Shown one piece after another: positions 26,699 to 35,519 of a stretch of 64,000 nucleotides of DNA. The stretch covers positions 1,197 to 65,196 of the forward strand of contig JAFGSV010000019.1 in the NCBI GenBank assembly GCA_016934325.1, in the 5' to 3' direction. How positions within the stretch are numbered: position 1 is the stretch's first letter; every line of letters begins with the position of its first letter. Origin of the DNA: Candidatus Aenigmatarchaeota archaeon (GTDB lineage Archaea > Aenigmatarchaeota > Aenigmatarchaeia > QMZP01 > JAFGSV01). The notes beneath the pieces are model-generated. The model was not told the origin of the DNA. It searched no databases and saw only the letters and a program-made list of their open reading frames with translations. Made by a program: the position numbers and the translations under genes.

Positions 26699-28024
26699 TC
26701 AGTCCAGCTCGATCTCCCTGCCGAGCTCCTTCCTGACGAAGGCGGCTATCTCCCTCTTCTTATCCTTGATGCCGCCCCTCTTCTCCTTCAGCTTCCTCTC
26801 CAGCTCCGACTCCTCCCGGTGCAGCATGTCCAGCTCGGCCCGGCTCTTCTCGAGCATGCGCTCCGTCTCCCTCTTCTCGACCATGACGTTTATGCCGTCC
26901 CTTTCATGCTTCGCGGCCGATGCCGCCAGCCTGTTCTCATCGTGCTCGGCCTTCGACTTCGAAACCCAGCCGGATTCAAGCATCTCATGCAGCTCCGCCG
27001 TCTTCCCCTCGTCCTTCTTAGAGAGCCTGAAATCGCCGCTCTCTATCCCCTTTTCGAGCTTCTCAAGGCCCCTCTCGACCGTGCCGGCATCGGTCGCCAT
27101 GAAAGTCTTCAGGGGGGAGTGCGACAGGTCCTCGAAAAACCTCCTCTCGTCCTTGTCCAGCTCCGCGGCGTCATGCGCGAACAGCTTGAAGACCCTCTTC
27201 ATGGAGCCCAGCCTCTCGCTCACCCGCAGCTCGATCTCATCGACCCTCTCCAGGCTCTCCTTTATCCTCTTGTCGAGCTCCGTCAGCTCGCCCCATTCCG
27301 GCCTCTTCTCCACCTCGGCGAACTGGGCTTCCAGCCGCTTGATCTCCTCTTCCTTTTCCCTCAGTCTGGACCTCGCTTCCTCTATGCTCATCACCGTCCT
27401 CTTGACCTCTCCCGCGAGCGCGTTCAGCTGGCTGAGCATGTCCTTGACCCTGCTCACGCTCTTCAGGGTCCCCGTCCCGGTCACCGCCTGCTTGATGTTG
27501 TCCGTCACCGTCCCGAAGGATTTCAGTATCTCCGCCATCCTCTTGCTCTCCGGCTCGAAATACCTGCTCAGCACCAGCCTCTGCCTCGGTATCATGTTTA
27601 TCTCGTTCATGAGGCGCGTCGTGTTTGCATACAGGTCCCTGAGAGCGGGGAAGTCCATGCTTTCCGTGGTTATCCTCTCGTTCCTGATCTCCCTGAAGAA
27701 CGACGTCAGGCTTAGCAGGGCCTTCTTCGACCAGGTGTCCTTTATCATGTTGACGGCGGCATAGGTCCTGTCACCCGCCTCGAAGCTTCGCTGCCTTATT
27801 CCCTCGACGATCTTGCGGAAATCCCTGATCAGGCCCAGCAGCTCGCTGGCCCAGGCGCTGTACGTCTCCCTCTCCTGCGCGATCTCTTGCGCCAGCTGGC
27901 CATTCAGCCACTCGAGGACGTTGGCCGTCTCGAGGCGCTTCTTCCCGGCTGGGGATGCGGGAGCCCCCTCTTCATGCGCGGGCTTCTTCCTGCCTAACAG
28001 AGAGCCTAGAAAACCGAATGCCAT
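26699..28024 (-). CDS. Long coiled-coil protein (about 441 aa from the ATG at 28024)
   Basis: E/K/R/L-rich heptad-like sequence throughout the C-terminal two-thirds (EEARSRLREKEEEIKRLEAQFAEVEKRPEW...). The ATG at 28024 (MAFGFLGSLLGRKK) lies about 24 nt downstream of a TATA-like box. The track start at 28063 would fall inside that promoter. Confidence 0.7.
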   Translation of the reverse strand: MAFGFLGSLLGRKKPAHEEGAPASPAGKKRLETANVLEWLNGQLAQEIAQERETYSAWASELLGLIRDFRKIVEGIRQRSFEAGDRTYAAVNMIKDTWSKKALLSLTSFFREIRNERITTESMDFPALRDLYANTTRLMNEINMIPRQRLVLSRYFEPESKRMAEILKSFGTVTDNIKQAVTGTGTLKSVSRVKDMLSQLNALAGEVKRTVMSIEEARSRLREKEEEIKRLEAQFAEVEKRPEWGELTELDKRIKESLERVDEIELRVSERLGSMKRVFKLFAHDAAELDKDERRFFEDLSHSPLKTFMATDAGTVERGLEKLEKGIESGDFRLSKKDEGKTAELHEMLESGWVSKSKAEHDENRLAASAAKHERDGINVMVEKRETERMLEKSRAELDMLHREESELERKLKEKRGGIKDKKREIAAFVRKELGREIELD

Positions 28025-28042
28025 ATTATGAATACAAAGGGG

Positions 28043-28053
28043 CTTTTTAAAAG
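28043..28053 (-). promoter_or_regulatory. Candidate TATA box (minus strand CTTTTAAAAAG) for the coiled-coil gene
   Basis: Centred about 24 nt upstream of the ATG at 28024, consistent with a leaderless-type archaeal promoter. Confidence 0.4.
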
Positions 28054-28177
28054 ATTTTGTCAATAGAATAACGGGCTATGAGGAAAACGCTCCAGAATGA
28101 CTTCCCGACGGAGGATGATTTTCTAGGTAGCTTCCGAGCCCATGATGATTCATCTCTCTGGCGGCATTCTCCCATCA

Positions 28178-29476
28178 TCACAAAGCTTCCTCGTCGCTGT
28201 CTATCTGGTATTTCCCCTTCTCAGCGTACTGCGTCGAGATCTGGTACGTTATCCTGGACTTGTAGAACCTGCCGTCCTCGCTCTCGTCGTCAAGGATGAA
28301 CTCGTAGGTCTTCCTCTCGCCCTCCTTCTTCCCGGCACCTTCGGCCTGCTTCCTGATGACGACCTCGAACTCATCGTGCGCTGGCGGGAGGTATGACGGT
28401 GACCCCTCGGTCCTGAACTTCCAGATGACCCTTGCGCTGGAGGCGTCGATCGCGTACATGTTGCAGTCCCAGCTCGGGAATATGACCATGTTCCCCCAGA
28501 AGACGGCTGTCAGCCAGATCGGGCCCTGTGTGGTGAACTTCCATATCACCTTGCCCTGCATGTCCAGGCAGTACAGGTTGTAGTCCTCGAAACCCACGTA
28601 GATCCTGCCGTCCTTGAACGCAGGTATGGACGGGACGTGCATCCTCGAGAACTTCCATTCGATCCTGCCGTCCATCGAGATCGCCAGCAGGTTGCCGTCC
28701 CTCGTAGCGAGAAACATCTTCCCGTCATGATATACGGGGGAGTAGGCGTTGCCGAACTCCGCCGTCTTCAGTTTCCAAACATTCTTTCCCTCATCTGCCG
28801 TCAGGGCGTACAAGTTGTTGTCGAAGGACGTGAAGTATACGATGCCGTCACGGATGAGCGGCCTGTTGGCGTGGTAGACCTCGCCCTGCGTGACGAACTT
28901 CCAGACCAGCCTGCCGTTCCTGGCATCGATGCAGTAGAAGACCTTATCGAACGAGCCTATGTACACCTTGCCGTCGTGGACGGCCGGGCTCGAGCCGATC
29001 TCGTCCTGCGTATGGAATTTCCAGATCAGGCTGCCGTTCCTGGCATCGCAGCAATAGACGTTCTGGTCCTTCGAGGCGAAATATATCCTCCCGTTGTCGA
29101 TGCATGCCATCGAATTGACCTTGTCCATGCACTCGTACTTCCACCTTAGCTCGCCGCTCTTCGCGTCGAGCGCGTACATGTTGCGGTCGAAGCTGCCCGC
29201 GAATATCATTCCCTTCCAATAGACGGGCGAGGATTCGAAGACTATGCCGAAGGTCTTGAATTTCCATACCAGCTTCCCCGTCTTGACGTCCACGGCGTAG
29301 ATGTTGAAGTTGTTGGAGCCGAAGTAAAGGATGCCGTCGTGTGTCAGGGGTATGCAGCACATGCTGCCCCCATCGGAGACCCTCCATATCCGGTCGAACT
29401 TGCTCGTCCGCCTCATCTTGAAGTCCTCCATCTCGACGGAGAACTCGTCGAACCCGAATCCAGTGTGCTCTTCCAT
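28178..29476 (-). CDS. Cytoplasmic PQQ-like beta-propeller repeat protein, paralogue 2
   Basis: Same repeat pattern as paralogue 1. N-terminus MEEHTGFGFDEFSVEMEDFKM and C-terminus FYKSRITYQISTQYAEKGKYQIDSDEEAL are shared with paralogue 3. Confidence 0.8.
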   Translation of the reverse strand: MEEHTGFGFDEFSVEMEDFKMRRTSKFDRIWRVSDGGSMCCIPLTHDGILYFGSNNFNIYAVDVKTGKLVWKFKTFGIVFESSPVYWKGMIFAGSFDRNMYALDAKSGELRWKYECMDKVNSMACIDNGRIYFASKDQNVYCCDARNGSLIWKFHTQDEIGSSPAVHDGKVYIGSFDKVFYCIDARNGRLVWKFVTQGEVYHANRPLIRDGIVYFTSFDNNLYALTADEGKNVWKLKTAEFGNAYSPVYHDGKMFLATRDGNLLAISMDGRIEWKFSRMHVPSIPAFKDGRIYVGFEDYNLYCLDMQGKVIWKFTTQGPIWLTAVFWGNMVIFPSWDCNMYAIDASSARVIWKFRTEGSPSYLPPAHDEFEVVIRKQAEGAGKKEGERKTYEFILDDESEDGRFYKSRITYQISTQYAEKGKYQIDSDEEAL

Positions 29477-29500
29477 TTTAAATAAGAGGGGCGGAAAGAT

Positions 29501-29527
29501 TTATAACGGTTATAACGGTTATAACGC
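29501..29527. repeat. Three tandem 9-bp units TTATAACGG / TTATAACGG / TTATAACGC between propeller genes 3 and 2. Likely TATA/regulatory element
   Basis: Read directly. The third unit contains the stop codon of gene 29519..30820. The first unit is centred about 29 nt upstream of the ATG at 29476. Each unit contains the palindrome TTATAA. Confidence 0.5.
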
Positions 29528-30820
29528 TTCCTCGTCGCTGTCTATCTGATACTTGCCCTTGGAGGCATACTGGGTAGAAATCTGGTAGGTTATCTTGGAC
29601 TTGTACTGGGAGGTGGTCTCCTCCTCGGACATGCCGAAGTCGTACCTCTTCCTCGTCGCCTTCTCCTCGAGGCCCGATTCGGATGCCGCCTTCTTGACGG
29701 TCAGCTCGTAGCTATCGAAAGGAGGCGGGAAATATGAGGGGGCGCCCTGCCCCCTGAACTTCCACAATAGCTGATGAGTGTTTATGTCGACGCAGTATAC
29801 GTTGCAGTCGTGGCTGGTGAATAAGACCTTCTCCTCCCAGATCGTCGGCTTCCACCACAGGGACCCCTGCGTCTTGAACTTCCACAGGACGTTCCCTTCA
29901 AGATCGATGCAGTACAGGTTCTCGTCCTCGGTCCCCACGTATATCTTGCCGTCATGAATCATCGGCAGGGCCATCGCTTGGTTTATCCTGAACTTCCATA
30001 TCACCTTGCCCCCGAACGTCAGGGCGTGCATGACCCCCTCCCTGTTGACCTGGATGAGCCTGTCACCGGCCATCCTGGGCCCCGAATGCATGCCCCCATA
30101 GTTACCTGTCCTGAACTTCCACAGCATGCGGCCGGTCTTGATGTCCACGGCCCTGAGGAAATTGTCGAATGACGGGAAGTAGACAACTCCTTCATGGATC
30201 AGGACGTCATCCTCGTTGTAGACATCCCCCTGGGTCTCGAACTTCCATATCAGCCGCCCAGATTGCTCGTCGACGCAGTAGAAGAAGCGGTCGTAGGACC
30301 CGAATAACACCATGCCGTCATGGAACGTGGGCTTCGAGGGGACCTCTCCCTGCGTCCTGAACTTCCATATGAACTCCCCTGTCTTCGCATCCAGGCAGTA
30401 CATGTTGTAATCGTTGGAGCCGACGAAGACCCTGCTCCCGTGTATCGTGGCGTTGCCGGCCAGCTTTCCCTGAGTATGGTATTTCCAGATCATGCCCCCG
30501 GTCCTGGCGTCCAGCGCATACAAGTTGTAATCATAGGACCCTATGTAGACGATTCCCTCATCTATCATCGGGGATGCGGGGGCGAAACCCCCGTCCGCCG
30601 TGAACTTCCAGACCAGGCCCCCCGTCCTGCCGTCCAGGCAGTAGACGTTCCGGTCCAGGCAGGCCACGTATACCCTTCCCTCGTACAGAAAGGGCCATTG
30701 CAGGAACGAGCCTCCCTCTCCAAGGTTGAATATCCTGTCGAACTTCTTGACCAGCTTGTACTCGAAGTCCTCTATCTCGACGCTAAAGTCATCGAACCCG
30801 AAGCCTCCATGCTCTTCCAT
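29519..30820 (-). CDS. Cytoplasmic PQQ-like beta-propeller repeat protein, paralogue 3
   Basis: MEEHGGFGFDDFSVEIEDFEY..., a repeated Y(A/C)(L/V)D..TG...WK(F/Y) pattern, and C-terminus YKSKITYQISTQYASKGKYQIDSDEEAL. The last ~25 nt are identical to paralogue 2 (gcttcctcgtcgctgtctatctg). Confidence 0.8.
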   Translation of the reverse strand: MEEHGGFGFDDFSVEIEDFEYKLVKKFDRIFNLGEGGSFLQWPFLYEGRVYVACLDRNVYCLDGRTGGLVWKFTADGGFAPASPMIDEGIVYIGSYDYNLYALDARTGGMIWKYHTQGKLAGNATIHGSRVFVGSNDYNMYCLDAKTGEFIWKFRTQGEVPSKPTFHDGMVLFGSYDRFFYCVDEQSGRLIWKFETQGDVYNEDDVLIHEGVVYFPSFDNFLRAVDIKTGRMLWKFRTGNYGGMHSGPRMAGDRLIQVNREGVMHALTFGGKVIWKFRINQAMALPMIHDGKIYVGTEDENLYCIDLEGNVLWKFKTQGSLWWKPTIWEEKVLFTSHDCNVYCVDINTHQLLWKFRGQGAPSYFPPPFDSYELTVKKAASESGLEEKATRKRYDFGMSEEETTSQYKSKITYQISTQYASKGKYQIDSDEEAL

Positions 30821-30934
30821 AGAGTCTTTTTCAGAACAAAATTATATAATGTTATCTGAGCGTCCCAATTCGCATGGCTGAGAGAATCAGCCGCTGCGGA
30901 AATTAAAAAATGAATAAAGGGGGGTCCCTAGTTG

Positions 30935-31402
30935 CTATCCCTTCAGACCCAGAGCCCCGCCGATTATTCCGAGTATCGCGCCTATGAAGAACCCGCTTCC
31001 GACGACCGTCACCAGGGACGCGATGGAGCAGATCAGCACGAGAATCGATCCCATCTTCGCCATCCCGCCGGTCTTCATCAATGCCGCCCCGACGATGACC
31101 ACGATGCCCAGGATGAGGGGTATGTACATCATAGCTCCCGCCGCCATGAGAACTTCCATGCCAAACATGGGGATTATTGATGCAATAGCCGCTATTATCG
31201 TGCCCATGGCTGCGAACACAACGCCCGTAATCAGGATCAAGATCCCCCCGATCAGGGACAGCACGAAAGGCTTTGACGATACACCAGAAGGCTGTGCAGC
31301 TGCCGCTGGCGCTGCTCCGGCTTCAGGCTTCCCGACCGGCTTCCCTGCTGGTGCCGCTGCCGGCTTCTCGACTGGCTTCTCTGCTGGCGCTTCTTCTGCC
31401 AT
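30935..31402 (-). CDS. Small polytopic membrane protein with Pro/Ala/Lys-rich N-terminal tail
   Basis: N-terminus EKPVEKPAAAPAGKPVGKPEAGAAPAAAAQP followed by about four Gly/Ala/Ile-rich helices. The plus-strand ORFs over the same region are low-complexity shadows. Confidence 0.6.
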   Translation of the reverse strand: MAEEAPAEKPVEKPAAAPAGKPVGKPEAGAAPAAAAQPSGVSSKPFVLSLIGGILILITGVVFAAMGTIIAAIASIIPMFGMEVLMAAGAMMYIPLILGIVVIVGAALMKTGGMAKMGSILVLICSIASLVTVVGSGFFIGAILGIIGGALGLKG

Positions 31403-31452
31403 ATTTTCACCTCCTTATGACTTCGATGTTCAGCATCCGTCCGTGCACAGGG

Positions 31453-32742
31453 CTATCCGAGTATGCCCACTTCCTTGATCGCCGTGGGCGATCCCCCCGC
31501 ATGCCATGTCTTCCTCGGCCTCGCCTGCAGGGTGTATATCCTCTCGCTGTTGTCGTCTAGCAGTATGGCGGTGCCTTTCTGCCTCGGAAGGGCGTTTATG
31601 TATTCCTCGATGTCCTCGAGCATGTAGCTCTGCATTATGCCCCTCAGCGCCTCCAGGTCGGCCTTGGCCGTGAGCCTGTGCGCTATGATTATGTCGGACT
31701 GGGCAAGGGCGTCCTCGTGCAGCTTGTTCGGCCTCTGCGTTATGAAAAGCAGTGATATGCCCGGTTCCCTTCCCTGCTTGACCAAGGTCAGCAGGGGCTC
31801 CGTCGCGGCGGTCTTCCCCTTGTTCGGGAGGAACTGGTGGGCTTCGTCGATCATTATCCACGCCATCGGCAGCGTCGTCCTGGCCTCCCCCGTCATCACC
31901 TCGAGTTCCTCGGACTTCCTCGCCATCAGCCTGGAATGGAAGAGCTTCCTGCAGAGAAGCGCCACGAGCATGGAGCGCACCGACCAACCTGCGGATATCT
32001 GCATGTAATGGGACACGTCGATGATGGTCACGGTCCCGGGCTGCATGATGTCCTTCATCATGGTCCCCTCGGTGCTGAATATGCCCCAGCCTTCCGCTGC
32101 CGTGAACCTGTTCACGAGGGAGTCCTTCACCCGCTGCTCCGACCTCTTGTCGGCCTCTATCGCCGATATTATGTCCTTTATCGAATACGTCCCGGCCTTC
32201 TTCCTCTTCAGCTGCTTTATGACCCTCTCGATGGTGATGCCGAACTCGTCTATGAAGGAGAATCCGAAGGTCAGTATCCAGTCCTCAGACGAAAGGTCGG
32301 TGCACTGAAGGGTGAACACGCTGTCGTAGGCCACCCCCGCCTGCTCGTACTCGCCCGCGTAGCCGCTGGGTATGAAGAGCCTGGTCTCCATGCCCTCGGC
32401 CTTCAGGCCCCATCCCTTGAGGATGTCCTTGTCCTTGTCGTTCGGGTTCTTCATCGACCAGTATATCCCCATCGTGTCGATCATCACCACGGAAAGGTTC
32501 TCCTTTATGGATTTGGGGAGCCCCGCTATCTCCTCGGAGACAATCCCCGCGGAGTATGACTTCCCGGTCCCCCTCTTGCCGCAGACCAGCACCACGTGGG
32601 GCCTCGCGACATCCATGAGTATCGGGTTGGTCAGGTGGGCGTCCTCCCCCTTGCCCACTATGTGCTTGCCTATGAACGCGGTTCCCTTGTCGCCGAACTT
32701 CTTGAGGTCCTCCTTGTCCCGGCCTATTATTATGTTCTCCAT
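31453..32742 (-). CDS. HerA/FtsK-superfamily P-loop ATPase (DUF87-like), stand-alone, 429 aa
   Basis: Walker A VVLVCGKRGTGKSYS, Walker B WIMIDEAHQFLP, then LLFITQRPNKLHEDALAQSDIIIAHRLT. No TM segment and no long HAS-barrel N-domain. Confidence 0.8.
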   Translation of the reverse strand: MENIIIGRDKEDLKKFGDKGTAFIGKHIVGKGEDAHLTNPILMDVARPHVVLVCGKRGTGKSYSAGIVSEEIAGLPKSIKENLSVVMIDTMGIYWSMKNPNDKDKDILKGWGLKAEGMETRLFIPSGYAGEYEQAGVAYDSVFTLQCTDLSSEDWILTFGFSFIDEFGITIERVIKQLKRKKAGTYSIKDIISAIEADKRSEQRVKDSLVNRFTAAEGWGIFSTEGTMMKDIMQPGTVTIIDVSHYMQISAGWSVRSMLVALLCRKLFHSRLMARKSEELEVMTGEARTTLPMAWIMIDEAHQFLPNKGKTAATEPLLTLVKQGREPGISLLFITQRPNKLHEDALAQSDIIIAHRLTAKADLEALRGIMQSYMLEDIEEYINALPRQKGTAILLDDNSERIYTLQARPRKTWHAGGSPTAIKEVGILG

Positions 32743-32888
32743 GGCAAACAGCTTCCTAATCAGGTATCATTTATTAATTGGCTTGGATTATATTTATTTG
32801 GCTTGCCTTTGACGCATCCAATTTGCCATCTCATCGCTTTTCTTGCCGCGGGAAAGGATAAAAAATTTCCTGACATTATAAATGAATT

Positions 32889-33851
32889 ATGTATTACGAT
32901 GAACCACGTCAACCAAGTGATATACCACTTGAAGTCGGGGAAAGCTTTATAATGGTAATCAGTGGTTTTGATAGAAGCGGCTTACCTTATGGATGGTGCA
33001 GACCCCCGGGTAGCCATGACAAGCCGATAAGAATCAGAATCGGGAAGCCAGAAACTTTTCCTGAAAGGCCCCAGAGGAACATGGAATATGAAGCCGGTGC
33101 CCAGTGTGCTGATGCGGTCAGGGTCGAAATTACGGGCGTATCGGATAGGTCGGCTTTTGCGAGGGTCAATGAGATAATCGGCTGTTCCTTTGAGAAGTGC
33201 TCGGATTCTGACGGACGTTTCCATGTGGATTATCAGAGTGACGGTCGCGGTAAATGCAGGAGAGTGGAATTGACCAATCATAGTTACACGGATACCAGGA
33301 ATGCGGTAAGCCAAGGAGGGCCTAAGCATAAAGCGGGTTTCAGAGGCGTCACCACGATAGTCAAGCATGCGAAGTATGGTTCTAGGGATTATAGGCCTGA
33401 ATGCGAAGTGTGGCTTGACAGGTGGCGCAGAGATAAACATGGCAGGTATATAATAAACGCCCATCCGGTGAACGAGAAGGATAAGAGGGACGTGACAAAG
33501 GAGATCTGGGTTGCTGAATACAGTTCATCACGTTCATTGGCCGAGGAAATCAGCTTTCCATGGCTTTATGAAAATTTATCAGGTTTCCCCAAAAGCCTTG
33601 TCAATGCATTGTTTTTCGACGGCCCCAATCAGATGTATATCATTCACAGAGGCGGGAACAATGATATTAGCGGAAGGCCCATTCAGAAGGTGGTCGATGA
33701 TTTCTTCTATGGCAGCGATCCTCAAAGTTACAGGCTGGTGGTTACGACCCCTTGGAGCAGGTCTCAAATTGAAGATGCAATAGGTAATTCTGATTATAGA
33801 CTGGATCTTCAGAGAATACCACTTGATTTCTGCCGAAAGAAAACTTTATAA
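32889..33851 (+). CDS. Hypothetical protein (320 aa)
   Basis: Long ORF with normal composition and lower GC than the backbone. No motif recognised, and the start codon is uncertain. Confidence 0.45.
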   Translation: MYYDEPRQPSDIPLEVGESFIMVISGFDRSGLPYGWCRPPGSHDKPIRIRIGKPETFPERPQRNMEYEAGAQCADAVRVEITGVSDRSAFARVNEIIGCSFEKCSDSDGRFHVDYQSDGRGKCRRVELTNHSYTDTRNAVSQGGPKHKAGFRGVTTIVKHAKYGSRDYRPECEVWLDRWRRDKHGRYIINAHPVNEKDKRDVTKEIWVAEYSSSRSLAEEISFPWLYENLSGFPKSLVNALFFDGPNQMYIIHRGGNNDISGRPIQKVVDDFFYGSDPQSYRLVVTTPWSRSQIEDAIGNSDYRLDLQRIPLDFCRKKTL

Positions 33852-33899
33852 TCTATAATTCCAAATAATGAGATAGCTGCAATCAAAGCGGAGGTGTTG

Positions 33900-34097
33900 A
33901 TGATGGGTGTTATAGAGGAGATATTGAAGAACAAGGAAGGCCTGCTTACCAAGTTCCTGAGCATCGTTGAGGGGAAGGAGACCAAAGCGAACGTGAACCT
34001 GGACGGCATAGAGTTCAAGGTGGGCAAGACCTCGGTCCAGCTCAACGGCAACGTGGAGTTCACAGTTGTGCCTAACTTCGGCAAGAGGAAAAAGTAG
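33900..34097 (+). CDS. Small hypothetical protein (65 aa)
   Basis: ATG at 33900 preceded by a GGAGGTG Shine-Dalgarno-like sequence (33892-33898). No motif recognised. Confidence 0.4.
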   Translation: MMGVIEEILKNKEGLLTKFLSIVEGKETKANVNLDGIEFKVGKTSVQLNGNVEFTVVPNFGKRKK

Positions 34098-34146
34098 CCC
34101 TGGTGCCGGTCGCTCAATATCAAAATTTAAACTTCTTTTGATTTGC

Positions 34147-34407
34147 ATGGGCATGATGACTAACATACTCGAGATGATGCAAGGGAAGGTTCATTTCTAC
34201 CTGTTCGTCGGTGGGTCCCCTGCCATCGAGATCAAGATACACAACAAGGAGATCATCGCCGAGATCAAGAACCCACTGCTGGCCCTTGAGCTGGGGATCC
34301 ATCAGCTGGCCACGAACAGGAAGTCGGACTCTTACATCCTGAAGCAGGCCAAGAAGGCAGGATACAAGGTCAGGGTGAAGTACAAGATGCTCGAGATAGA
34401 GCTATGA
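34147..34407 (+). CDS. Small hypothetical protein (86 aa)
   Basis: In-frame ATG at 34147 within track ORF 34066..34407. No motif recognised. Confidence 0.35.
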   Translation: MGMMTNILEMMQGKVHFYLFVGGSPAIEIKIHNKEIIAEIKNPLLALELGIHQLATNRKSDSYILKQAKKAGYKVRVKYKMLEIEL

Positions 34408-34432
34408 TGAATATAATCATGATTGCCGGTAC

Positions 34433-35446
34433 TCACCTGAGATATATGTGGCCCTTTATCTTCTTGTCCCACAGCCAGCCGTCCTCCGTGTTGGCCTCCC
34501 TCTTCAGCCTCAAGAACAGGTCCACCCTCGCATCGCATTGGTCAGCGTGGTGGATGGCCACGGCCTCGGGCAGCTGGGGCTCCTTCGACGCGCCATATTC
34601 GGGCCTTCCGTGATGGCTGATTATTATGTGCAGCAGCTTGAGCCCGAGCTCCTTGGGGAATCCCTGCATCTCGTTGATCTTGTTCGAGAGTATCTCATAG
34701 CCGATTATGATGTGCCCCACCAGCATACCCTCGTGCGAGACGTCTATGATGCCCCCGGAGACCTCGAACTCCTTTACCTTCCCGAAGTCGTGCAGGAAGG
34801 CGCCTGTCAGGACAAGGTCCCTGTCCAGCTCTGGGTGAATGTCACACAGGTTGACGCATATCCGCATGACGTTCAGTGTGTGCTCGGCGAGACCCCCGAT
34901 GTAGTTCTGGTGGTACTCCATCGCCGCGGGGGACCTCATGAAGGCCTGCATCAGCTTCGCGTCCTCCATGTACTTGGCGAGCAGCGCCCTCAAATGCTCG
35001 TTCCTGACGGACGATAGCATCACCTTCATCTCGTTTACCATTCCCTTGACATCCTTCTTTGTCGCGGCCACGTAATCGGTAATATCATACTCCCCTGGCT
35101 GGCACTTGCGCAGCTTGCCCTTGGCAGCATCGACGGATATGGAGAAAAGCCTGCTGCCGCGCGGGTATTCCTGCACCTCCCCTGTGACATGCACCACGTC
35201 CCCTTTGGCTATGGTGCCGTACAGTTCGTCAGTCTGCTTGTCGCTCCTTCCCCAGTACTTAGCCGTGATCTCGCCCGTCTTGTCCGACAGCCTCAGCTCG
35301 AACCATTTCCCCGGCTTGTCGCTGCCCCTGTAGGACACGGGCGGCTTCTTGAACTTGACTGCGAACTTATCATCCACCCTGTCGCCATCTTGTGTCAGCG
35401 CATTCACGTACTGTTTCTTCATCTGATCGCCGCTACCGGCAAACAC
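34433..35446 (-). CDS. OB-fold plus HD-domain phosphohydrolase (YhaM/CBF-like 3'-5' exoribonuclease family)
   Basis: N-terminal OB pattern (WFELRLSDKTGEITAKYWGR...GDVVHVTGEVQEY). HD motif AEHTLNVMRI...GAFLHDFGKV and later HIIISHHG. Confidence 0.75.
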   Translation of the reverse strand: MFAGSGDQMKKQYVNALTQDGDRVDDKFAVKFKKPPVSYRGSDKPGKWFELRLSDKTGEITAKYWGRSDKQTDELYGTIAKGDVVHVTGEVQEYPRGSRLFSISVDAAKGKLRKCQPGEYDITDYVAATKKDVKGMVNEMKVMLSSVRNEHLRALLAKYMEDAKLMQAFMRSPAAMEYHQNYIGGLAEHTLNVMRICVNLCDIHPELDRDLVLTGAFLHDFGKVKEFEVSGGIIDVSHEGMLVGHIIIGYEILSNKINEMQGFPKELGLKLLHIIISHHGRPEYGASKEPQLPEAVAIHHADQCDARVDLFLRLKREANTEDGWLWDKKIKGHIYLR

Positions 35447-35519
35447 GGGCCGGCAGTAATAAATAAGGACCTGAAATTTAAATGCGTATCCGGGTAACTG
35501 CGGAGAAGGACGTGTCGGT

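Noticed and set aside
31430-31987. 185-aa minus-strand ORF overlapping the 3' part of the HerA-like gene in another frame
   Set aside because: It is R/G/A/D-rich and off-frame. The HerA-like frame continues through this region with conserved ITQRPNKL and AHRLT segments.
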